Origin: Eubacteriales bacterium
GTDB lineage: Bacteria; Bacillota; Clostridia; Oscillospirales; CAG-272
DNA: 37,758 nt
Assembly: GCA_045632325.1 (NCBI GenBank)
Contig: JAZQWK010000335.1
Location: 1 to 37,758, forward strand
Direction: 5' to 3'
Position 1 is the first letter of the stretch. Each line of letters opens with the position of its first letter. Positions 26,243 through 32,469 of this stretch are shown here, in pieces. The notes beneath the pieces are model-generated. The model worked only from the letters and a program-made list of their open reading frames with translations. It searched no databases and was not told the DNA's origin. The position numbers and the translations under genes were made by a program.

Positions 26243-26830
26243 TCACGCCTCCCCGATCAGTACCGCGCGACACGGTGCACCCTCGCATCCCGCGATGTTG
26301 AGAGGAAGCGCACAAAGGGTATACGCGCCCATCGGAACATGAGAGAGCACCAGACCTTCGAGCAGGATGACTTCTGCCCGAAGCAGTCTGAGATGAACTG
26401 CCATCGGCGCGTCAGCAGGTCCGACCGATTGGGAATCCACACCGACAAGACGCACGCCGTGCCGCAGAAAGACCTCTGCCGCATCCTCTGTTACAACCGT
26501 GCCGCCCGACAGTAAAATTCTCTCACCGCCGCCGACCGATTCTGCCGCGATGCAGATGGTTTCCGCATCTTCTGCCGACAGCACCCCTTCCTGACGATAA
26601 ACATAACAGCTTCCGATACAGGCAGATATATCAAGCTGTTCCACCGTTTTTCCATCCGCCAAAAAATGCGCCGGCGCATCGATATGCGTGCCGTTGTGTA
26701 CGCACATGGAGACAGAGGACAGGTTGTATACTTCTCCATCCTCCATGCGTTTGAGCGGTGTTACGGTTGGTTTGGGGTCGCCCGGATATACCGAGCAGGA
26801 CAACAGCTCCTGCGAAATATCGTAAATCAT
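26243..26830 (-). CDS. cyclase-family metal hydrolase (kynurenine formamidase-like)
   Basis: CVHNGTHIDAPAHF is the HxGTHxDxPxH motif. RBS GGAGA. The stop lies 3 nt before the next gene's start. Confidence 0.85.
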   Translation of the reverse strand: MIYDISQELLSCSVYPGDPKPTVTPLKRMEDGEVYNLSSVSMCVHNGTHIDAPAHFLADGKTVEQLDISACIGSCYVYRQEGVLSAEDAETICIAAESVGGGERILLSGGTVVTEDAAEVFLRHGVRLVGVDSQSVGPADAPMAVHLRLLRAEVILLEGLVLSHVPMGAYTLCALPLNIAGCEGAPCRAVLIGEA

Positions 26831-26864
26831 GGTCGTCTCCTTTTACAACGTGTTTTCTGTTTCC

Positions 26865-26893
26865 ATCATATCACAAAAATGCGCCGCCGTCAA
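26865..26893 (-). promoter_or_regulatory. candidate promoter for the cyclase operon
   Basis: On the minus strand: TTGACG (26893-26888), a 17-nt spacer, then TATGAT (26870-26865). Confidence 0.55.
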
Positions 26894-26913
26894 GAAAAAT
26901 TGCCAAAACCGTA

Positions 26914-26942
26914 TTGACAAATGATCATAAATCCGCTATACT
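26914..26942 (+). promoter_or_regulatory. sigma-A type promoter for the GH106-like gene
   Basis: TTGACA (26914-26919), a 17-nt spacer, then TATACT (26937-26942). Confidence 0.6.
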
Positions 26943-26979
26943 GAAATCAAAGAAAATCATTTCGGAAAGGAACGATCTT

Positions 26980-28800
26980 ATGAAAGATTTGAAAGCATTT
27001 CAGAATCCGGCTCTGCAATACCGCGTCTTCCCGATGACCCATCATTGGATGGAGGACTACAACGCGCACATGGATGCCTACCGTGATTACGGTTACGGCG
27101 GTGCGGTCACCAACGTCCCGTTTGCAAACGGCTTTACCTCCTCCAAAGAAAATCTTGAAAAGTTCTCCGTTCTGCTCGATGCGATGGAGGCGCATGACCT
27201 TGGCATCTGGATCTATGACGAGGACGGCTATCCGAGCGGACAGGGCGGCGGTCTGGTGCTCGACGGACATCCCGAGCTTCGCGCAAAAGGCTTTTATATG
27301 GTGCGCCGTATTGCATATGAATCCAAGCACGTTCATTATCATCTTGACGACGTCTCCGACAAGATCGTCTGGGCGGCGAAGTATCCGCTGTATATCCCGC
27401 GCCTGGATGACACCTACGTGCGGTTTGATAAAATGGAAGCCGTGCCGTTCATGGAAACCGAAGTTGTCTGTGATCTTGCCGAGCGTGAGATTCTGTACAT
27501 CTTCTGTGTCAAGGATGCGCACGAAGGCTCTCACAGCACGCACAATGTCTCTTCCTTTAAGAACAACATCAACGTCATGGATAAGCGTGCCGTCAAGCGG
27601 TTCCTCGATCTGTGCTTTGAGCCGATCGTAAAGGCAATTCCCGATGCGTACCGCCGTGCGGCAAACGTCTTTACCGATGAGCCGAGTCTGCATACGTCCT
27701 ATGCGCGCGACTATGAAACGTGGAATTACGCGCTGGTTCCGTGGGTTGACGGCTTGTTTGAAGCCTATGAGGCGGAATACGGCGAATCGATGCTGCCGAC
27801 ACTCCCGCTGCTTTTTGAGGGACATCAGAATGCCTATCCCGTCCGCGTGAAGTTTTACGAGCTGGTCGGTAAGCTCGTTGCAGAAGCATATTCCGGTCAG
27901 ATCGCAGCGTGGTGTGAGGAGCACGGCGGTGGATTCTCCGGGCACTACGTCTGCGAGGAAGCCATCAGTCAGCACGTCATGCAGTACGGAAGTTACGTTC
28001 GCGTTGTTTCTGCCGCAAGCTATCCCGGCATTGACGTTCTTTGCTGTTATCCCGAAATTTATGACTACAATACTGCGAAATTTGCGCAGATGGTCGTGCG
28101 CAAGAAGCAAACCAATGGCATGATGGTTGAAATCTGCCCGTTTGCCGACGTTGAAACCTTTAAGAAGGCACCGCTTGACAATATGACTGCCGTAATGGGT
28201 ATGCTGTATCTCGGCGGTGTCCGCAAGACCCATTCCTATTTCTCGGCGGACTTCTCTGCATGGCGCGGCGGACGGTTCCCCAATGCCAAGGGTTACACGA
28301 ATCAGGAGGAAACCGTTTGGTTCAACGAGTACGTCGGACGACTCGGTACGATGCTCGATGGGCTTCACAACGACTGCGATACATTTATCTACTATCCGCT
28401 GGAGGACGCGCAGGCAAAAGAAAAGCCTGCTTACAGCGGAAGCTGGCAGAACGGTGACCGCAAGGCCGATCATGCAACGGCGACGCTGATGCGTGCGGTA
28501 TATGAAGCAGGTCATGACTATTATTACGTTGACCGCGAGGATATTTTGGAAGCCGCACGAACAGCAGAAGAAACGGGCACGGCGATGATCTCCGGCTGTG
28601 CTGTGAAGAACCTGCTTCTGCCGGGTGTGGACGTTATGTACGGTGACGCGCACGACGCACTGGAAATTCTCGCCCGCGCCGGTGTCAACGTCGTCTTCTT
28701 CCATGAAAAGCCGCGCTTTGATGCGCTGACAGGCGGTGATCTTTCCAAAAACACGGTGCCGACCGCCGAGCTTCCCGAAATTCTCGCACAGCTTGCATAG
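26980..28800 (+). CDS. GH106-like (alpha-L-rhamnosidase-related) glycosidase, ends at an internal-looking TAG
   Basis: The start MKDLKAFQNPALQYRVFPMTHHW follows GGAAAGGAA. GIWIYDEDGYPSGQGGG resembles the W-YDE-G-PSG-AGG box of this glycosidase type. The reading frame continues beyond TAG 28798-28800 (see next feature). The ORF-track start 26758 lies in promoter DNA. Confidence 0.7.
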   Translation: MKDLKAFQNPALQYRVFPMTHHWMEDYNAHMDAYRDYGYGGAVTNVPFANGFTSSKENLEKFSVLLDAMEAHDLGIWIYDEDGYPSGQGGGLVLDGHPELRAKGFYMVRRIAYESKHVHYHLDDVSDKIVWAAKYPLYIPRLDDTYVRFDKMEAVPFMETEVVCDLAEREILYIFCVKDAHEGSHSTHNVSSFKNNINVMDKRAVKRFLDLCFEPIVKAIPDAYRRAANVFTDEPSLHTSYARDYETWNYALVPWVDGLFEAYEAEYGESMLPTLPLLFEGHQNAYPVRVKFYELVGKLVAEAYSGQIAAWCEEHGGGFSGHYVCEEAISQHVMQYGSYVRVVSAASYPGIDVLCCYPEIYDYNTAKFAQMVVRKKQTNGMMVEICPFADVETFKKAPLDNMTAVMGMLYLGGVRKTHSYFSADFSAWRGGRFPNAKGYTNQEETVWFNEYVGRLGTMLDGLHNDCDTFIYYPLEDAQAKEKPAYSGSWQNGDRKADHATATLMRAVYEAGHDYYYVDREDILEAARTAEETGTAMISGCAVKNLLLPGVDVMYGDAHDALEILARAGVNVVFFHEKPRFDALTGGDLSKNTVPTAELPEILAQLA

Positions 28801-29043
28801 GACGATACCTCTGCATTCCGCGGAATGGCAGAGGGCGGTACTGTCCTGCGCGGCAGATTCGTCACAACGGAAGGTAAGACGCTGTATATGCTTGCAAACA
28901 AGTCTCGCTGTGATGCAAAGATTGCCTATTCCGGCACGGCTGATGCCGAGATCTGGGATCCGTCTGACGGTACGGTGAAATCCCTTGCCGCAGGAGCGGA
29001 CCTGACCGTTCCCGCGATGCGCGCGCTGTTTGTCATGCAATAA
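28801..29043 (+). other. in-frame continuation of the GH106-like gene after the TAG (C-terminal beta-sandwich-like tail)
   Basis: It is in the same frame as 26980-28800. Translation DDTSAFRGMAEGGTVLRGRFVTTEGKTLYMLANKSRCDAKIAYSGTADAEIWDPSDGTVKSLAAGADLTVPAMRALFVMQ looks like the usual C-terminal domain of these enzymes. No RBS precedes its internal ATG (28825). Confidence 0.6.
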
Positions 29044-29051
29044 AAGATTTT

Positions 29052-29092
29052 GAGGGAACGCTGATTCGTCATGGAATGCGTTCCCTCTTTTG
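29052..29092. terminator. terminator after the GH106-like tail, shared with the convergent XRE gene
   Basis: GAGGGAACGC (29052-29061) pairs with GCGTTCCCTC (29078-29087). TTTTGTG follows. Confidence 0.7.
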
Positions 29093-29095
29093 TGA

Positions 29096-30202
29096 TTATC
29101 GTTCGTACTGCTTTAATATATCGACAACGTCGGCAAACCGCGGGTGTTCCCGCACGCTGTCATAGCGCGGGCTCTGCAGACGGTCGAGCATGTACCAGCA
29201 CTGTGAGTGTTCCGTCAGTTCATGAAACTCCTTGCTGGGTTCCGGATAGACTACTTTGTCAACCAGAATGGACGTAAAGCACTTTCCGTGGTCATAGAGA
29301 TACGACTTATCGTATTCGACGGTGTGAAACGCCATGCGCGCAAGCGAGTCGAGTGCTTCTTCCGTCTTGCCAAGCGACATCTGAAACGTCGATTTCAGCC
29401 ATTCGTTGTGCGCGATCCGATTGTGATGGAACAGCAGATCGTCCCCGTAGATCATGCGGTAGAGCGCGGTCGAAATGTCGAGGATTTCGATCTTGCGCTC
29501 CCATGTATCGGAACCGTTGGGAAGATCTTCGCTCAGCGTATAGTTGCGGATGCAAAGCCCGAGACTGTCGGTCAGCTTGTCGATCTCATCCTGAATGTAA
29601 AGCTCCGTTTTGCCGTCGCCGATGCCTGAGGACAGCGCAAATTCGCGGCAGTATTTCATCGGTGCCAGTAAATTTGCCGTTTCCAAAGCTTTTTCGGTCT
29701 GCCCCGTTTCGCCGTAAAGGCTGATGAGCAGATTGATCGCGTCATAGCGTGTGTCATCGTCCCTGCATTCCGCAACAACGGTTTTGCAAAGCCCCTCCAT
29801 TTCCGCAAAGAGCGCGGGATCGCGGTTTTCATCCCAGATAAAGTAGATGCATACAGCGAGATTTTCTTTGATTTCATAGTCCGACGGAAACAGCGCGTGT
29901 GCACGTCTGGCAAATGCAAGTCGTTCCTCGACGGTGCCAACCTCGGCAAGGCGGTTCATTTCCGTTTTGATGTCTGCAAGTGCCGCTTCGCGCTCGGATA
30001 ATTTGTAACCGAGCAGCTCATCAATGCTGACGGAAAAGAAATCGGCGAGCGCGGGCAGCGTTTCGATGTCGGGATAGCCGTTTGCAGATTCCCAGCGCGA
30101 GATCGCCTGCGGCGTGACACCGATGGCGGCGGCAAGTGTGTCCTGTGTGATATTATGTTCTGCACGAAGTTTTTTGATGATCGTGCCGATCTTCAGATTC
30201 AT
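29096..30202 (-). CDS. XRE-family HTH regulator with a large helical-repeat (TPR-like) C-terminal domain
   Basis: The HTH is IGTIIKKLRAEHNITQDTLAAAIGVTPQAISRWES. It is followed by about 290 aa of helix-rich sequence. Confidence 0.85.
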   Translation of the reverse strand: MNLKIGTIIKKLRAEHNITQDTLAAAIGVTPQAISRWESANGYPDIETLPALADFFSVSIDELLGYKLSEREAALADIKTEMNRLAEVGTVEERLAFARRAHALFPSDYEIKENLAVCIYFIWDENRDPALFAEMEGLCKTVVAECRDDDTRYDAINLLISLYGETGQTEKALETANLLAPMKYCREFALSSGIGDGKTELYIQDEIDKLTDSLGLCIRNYTLSEDLPNGSDTWERKIEILDISTALYRMIYGDDLLFHHNRIAHNEWLKSTFQMSLGKTEEALDSLARMAFHTVEYDKSYLYDHGKCFTSILVDKVVYPEPSKEFHELTEHSQCWYMLDRLQSPRYDSVREHPRFADVVDILKQYER

Positions 30203-30242
30203 GTTGTACCCCCAAAATATGATTTTGTAAGCTTACGGTGAT

Positions 30243-30271
30243 ATTATACCATGTAAGGATTGATCGGTCAA
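30243..30271 (-). promoter_or_regulatory. candidate promoter for the XRE-TPR gene
   Basis: On the minus strand: TTGACC (30271-30266), a 17-nt spacer, then TATAAT (30248-30243). Confidence 0.55.
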
Positions 30272-30309
30272 TGATCAATTCCTTGTTGCAATGAACAAGC
30301 GATCATTGA
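30268..30309. promoter_or_regulatory. nested palindrome overlapping the -35 box (candidate operator)
   Basis: TCAATGATC (30268-30276) pairs with GATCATTGA (30301-30309), and an inner pair CTTGTT / AACAAG lies between them. A further TTGATC copy sits just upstream. Confidence 0.4.
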
Positions 30310-30380
30310 TACAGTGCTCGGCAACAGATGGAATCAGAATCGGAAAAGCTGCCGATATAAAATTATTTTTGAAAAACCTA

Positions 30381-30409
30381 TTGACAAATCGGATTTGATG
30401 TGTTATAAT
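30381..30409 (+). promoter_or_regulatory. sigma-A type promoter for the tRNA-Thr/Tyr operon
   Basis: TTGACA (30381-30386), a 17-nt spacer, then TATAAT (30404-30409). Confidence 0.65.
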
Positions 30410-30451
30410 ATTATACGTCGCAAGGTGAGGAAGTCATCTGACACCTTCAAT

Positions 30452-30526
30452 GCTGGTGTGGCTCAATGTCAGAGCAGCTGATTTGTAATCAGCAGGTTGT
30501 TGGTTCGACTCCGATCACCAGCTCCA
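30452..30526 (+). tRNA. tRNA-Thr (anticodon UGU), CCA encoded
   Basis: Acceptor stem GCTGGTG/CACCAGC. Anticodon stem GCTGA/TCAGC with loop TTTGTAA. T-arm GTTGG-TTCGACT-CCGAT. The D-loop AATGTCA lacks the usual GG. Confidence 0.8.
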
Positions 30527-30529
30527 TAT

Positions 30530-30615
30530 GGGGGATTTCCCGAGTGGCCAAAGGGGACAGACTGTAAATCTGCTGTCTATCGACTTCGGTGGTCCGAATC
30601 CACCATCCCCCACCA
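30530..30615 (+). tRNA. tRNA-Tyr (anticodon GUA), class II with long variable arm, CCA encoded
   Basis: Acceptor stem GGGGGAT/ATCCCCC. Anticodon loop CTGTAAA. Variable arm TGTCTATCGACTTC. T-arm GGTGG-TCCGAAT-CCACC. Confidence 0.85.
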
Positions 30616-30619
30616 AAAA

Positions 30620-30646
30620 CCCGATTACGTAAGTGATCGGGTTTTT
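30620..30646 (+). terminator. terminator of the tRNA-Thr/Tyr operon
   Basis: CCCGATTAC pairs with GTGATCGGG around loop GTAA. TTTTT follows. Confidence 0.65.
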
Positions 30647-30749
30647 ACTTTTTCACTTTTCACTCTTAACTTTTACCTCATCGCTTCGACCTCGGTTCGG
30701 GGCTATGATAAGTATCGTTTTCCCCATTTCCTTGTGATAAAGCGATTGT

Positions 30750-30813
30750 ATCACTTCGTACCAATTGCCGAGTTGTTTCTGTGTAGAATCGCAATAAAAA
30801 AAGAAAGAGCAAA
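30750..30813 (+). repeat. 64-bp direct repeat, copy A
   Basis: atcacttcgtaccaattgccgagttgtttctgtgtagaatcgcaataaaaaaagaaagagcaaa. It matches copy B at 59 of 64 positions, and all 5 differences are transitions. Confidence 0.85.
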
Positions 30814-31029
30814 AGAGACGTACTCTTAAGGACAGTTTTTAACATAGCGTATCATCTCCTGAAAGGGGGAGCAAGAACCTGCAAGGTTCGAATATTGTAA
30901 GGTTTCCTAACGAATAGGGCGGTTTGAGTGAAAATTCAAGCCGTCCTATTTACATTTGGGCGGTTTTATGATATAATGTATCTATTAGATAAACTTGAAT
31001 TTAACGAGTAAATGGCAACAGCAAGTTGC

Positions 31030-31058
31030 TTGTCAATCTTTATGGTCCGTGATATAAT
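31030..31058 (+). promoter_or_regulatory. promoter for the XRE/zinc-ribbon gene
   Basis: TTGTCA (31030-31035), a 17-nt spacer, then TATAAT (31053-31058). A second possible promoter upstream is TTTACA, a 17-nt spacer and TATAAT, ending about 30981. Confidence 0.55.
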
Positions 31059-31088
31059 ATAATCACAAACTTACAAGGCGGTGATTAT

Positions 31089-31748
31089 ATGAAAACAAAG
31101 GACATTATTCGTGAACTAAGAACGAAAAAAGGTCTTTCGCAAGAGGAGCTTGCCGAAAAGATCTTTGTAACAAGACAGGCTGTTTCCCGTTGGGAAACAG
31201 GGGAAACGATACCGAATATAGATACACTCAAACTCCTTACCAAATTGTTTGACGTGTCAATCAATACTCTACTTGGTGCTCCGCGAGAGCTTATTTGCGA
31301 GTGTTGCGGTATGCCGATGGAAGATTGCAATATCAGCCGTGAGAAAGACGGAATTTTCAATGAGGAATACTGCAAGTGGTGCTATGTAGACGGTGAATAC
31401 ACCCTTGATATTTGGAAGCGATATGCTCAAATCGGCGGAAAAGAAAAGCTCGAAGAATTTAAGCGACAGCTTATACACGAATTCAACTCGCTTCTACATA
31501 TTGAAGGGTTGCCCAAGGTGGAAAATCTGAACGTGTTGTCGGGCGAATTCATCAATATGGAATACACGTTGCCGAACGGTGAAAAAGTCATATTTCTTGA
31601 CGATAAACAGACCTATCTCGGAAGTCAGCTTGAAAGCGAATTTGGCGGCAGATGCTTTGGTATTGCCGCAAATATGGATTTTCTTCTCGTCTGCACATAT
31701 GAGGAAAATGGAGAAAATCCCGAGCTTGTGATATATAAGAAAAGATAA
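31089..31748 (+). CDS. XRE-family HTH regulator fused to a CxxC..CxxC zinc-ribbon and an uncharacterised C-terminal domain
   Basis: The HTH is IIRELRTKKGLSQEELAEKIFVTRQAVSRWET. The zinc-ribbon is CECCGMPMEDCNISREKDGIFNEEYCKWCYVDGEY. Codon usage is visibly more AT-rich than in the flanking genes. Confidence 0.85.
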   Translation: MKTKDIIRELRTKKGLSQEELAEKIFVTRQAVSRWETGETIPNIDTLKLLTKLFDVSINTLLGAPRELICECCGMPMEDCNISREKDGIFNEEYCKWCYVDGEYTLDIWKRYAQIGGKEKLEEFKRQLIHEFNSLLHIEGLPKVENLNVLSGEFINMEYTLPNGEKVIFLDDKQTYLGSQLESEFGGRCFGIAANMDFLLVCTYEENGENPELVIYKKR

Positions 31749-31787
31749 CAAATTCCAATTTGTCGAACAGACAACATAATAGCAGAT

Positions 31788-31819
31788 AGCCACGGCTCAC
31801 AGCGAGCCGTGGCTTTTTC
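31788..31819 (+). terminator. terminator after the XRE/zinc-ribbon gene
   Basis: AGCCACGGCTC pairs with GAGCCGTGGCT (11 bp) around loop ACAGC. TTTTT follows. Confidence 0.75.
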
Positions 31820-31859
31820 TCGCCATACATATTATAGTGCCGATTTTTCTTACTGGCAG

Positions 31860-31909
31860 AAAAAATGACATCTTTTTTGATGATTTTATTTATCAAGATG
31901 TCATTTTTT
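31860..31909. repeat. long AT-rich inverted repeat
   Basis: AAAAAATGACATCTT (31860-31874) pairs with AAGATGTCATTTTTT (31895-31909). An inner pair TTGAT / ATCAA lies between them. Confidence 0.6.
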
Positions 31910-32185
31910 TACTATAATATAGCAAAAGCATTTTTTGCTATAAAATTTGTAAAGCACAGAATATGGAAGGAGTGAAAATACAGTATGGATAAGGATTTTG
32001 AGGCTTTTATATATTGCGATAAAGGTATTTGTAAAATTCGCTTACTTTCCGGGAGGCTTTGACTCGTGCAACTCGAAAGTCCGTCTGCTTTTCCTGACAA
32101 GCACTGCATTTGTGGACACAAACGCAAAAAACAGCATACCCCTTTCGAGATATGCCGTATTTTGAGGCTGTGCACAGATGTAGCC

Positions 32186-32249
32186 ATCACTCCGCGCCAA
32201 TTGCCGAGTTGCTTCTGCGTAGAATCGCAATAAAAAAAGAAAGAGCAAA
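32186..32249 (+). repeat. 64-bp direct repeat, copy B (overlaps the tRNA-Met/Glu terminator)
   Basis: atcactccgcgccaattgccgagttgcttctgcgtagaatcgcaataaaaaaagaaagagcaaa. Its right end forms the left arm of the 32232-32264 hairpin. Confidence 0.85.
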
Positions 32250-32264
32250 TGCTCTTTCTTTTTT
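32232..32264 (-). terminator. terminator of the tRNA-Met/Glu operon (symmetric A-tract/T-tract hairpin)
   Basis: AGAAAGAGC (32238-32246) pairs with GCTCTTTCT (32251-32259) around loop AAAT. It is flanked by A6 and T5 runs and lies directly 3' of tRNA-Glu. Confidence 0.75.
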
Positions 32265-32265
32265 A

Positions 32266-32340
32266 TGGTGACCCGTAGGAGAATCGAACTCCTGTTACCG
32301 CCGTGAAAGGGCGGTGTCTTAACCGCTTGACCAACGGGCC
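32266..32340 (-). tRNA. tRNA-Glu (anticodon UUC), CCA encoded
   Basis: The reverse complement reads GGCCCGTTGGTCAAGCGGTTAAGACACCGCCCTTTCACGGCGGTAACAGGAGTTCGATTCTCCTACGGGTCACCA. It folds as a canonical cloverleaf. Confidence 0.9.
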
Positions 32341-32417
32341 TGGTAGCGGAAGTTGGACTTGAACCCACGACCTATCGGGTATGAACCGATTGCTCTAGCC
32401 AGCTGAGCTATTCCGCC
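32341..32417 (-). tRNA. tRNA-Met, elongator type (anticodon CAU); an Ile2/lysidine identity cannot be excluded
   Basis: The reverse complement reads GGCGGAATAGCTCAGCTGGCTAGAGCAATCGGTTCATACCCGATAGGTCGTGGGTTCAAGTCCAACTTCCGCTACCA. It has a G1-U72 pair and one G-A mismatch in the T-stem. Its CCA directly abuts G1 of tRNA-Glu. Confidence 0.85.
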
Positions 32418-32440
32418 ATGTATTTTTCGTTTGCTTTAAT

Positions 32441-32469
32441 ATTATATCACGGATTTGCTCGTTTGTCAA
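32441..32469 (-). promoter_or_regulatory. sigma-A type promoter for the tRNA-Met/Glu operon
   Basis: On the minus strand: TTGACA (32469-32464), a 17-nt spacer, then TATAAT (32446-32441). Confidence 0.65.

Noticed and set aside
26758-26979. N-terminal extensions in the ORF track here, and likewise at 13499, 33607, 8698, 12051, 17384, 25599, 5053, 25052 and 19656
   Set aside because: The extensions run through promoters or upstream genes and lack RBSs. Internal starts have Shine-Dalgarno sequences at 5-10 nt, and family-typical N-termini begin there.
28798-28800. Pyrrolysine or a reassigned genetic code as the explanation for the in-frame TAG
   Set aside because: No pyl genes, no CUA-anticodon tRNA and no other in-frame TAG are visible in this window. 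One TAG cannot distinguish recoding from a nonsense mutation. It is kept only as a low-probability alternative in the finding.
26947-29040. 697-aa ORF antisense to the GH106-like gene, spanning the TAG site
   Set aside because: It is a shadow frame. It is continuous across 28798-28800 only because the complement of TAG is a Leu codon, and it has no RBS or motif support. It is not evidence about the TAG.
30293-30400. 35-aa ORF (MNKRSLIQCSATDG..) as a signalling pro-peptide for the XRE-TPR regulator
   Set aside because: It has no Shine-Dalgarno sequence and no hydrophobic export signal. It runs through the tRNA operon promoter.
30645-30680. Run of T-rich heptamers (TTTTCAC TTTTCAC TCTTAAC TTTTACC) after the tRNA-Tyr terminator, considered as iterons
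   Set aside because: Only two units are exact. The rest is low-complexity T-rich terminator-tail sequence, too short to call a repeat array.
30497-30829. 110-aa plus-strand ORF
   Set aside because: It runs straight through tRNA-Thr, tRNA-Tyr and their terminator. The part shared with repeat copy B differs only by non-synonymous changes, so it does not behave like coding sequence.
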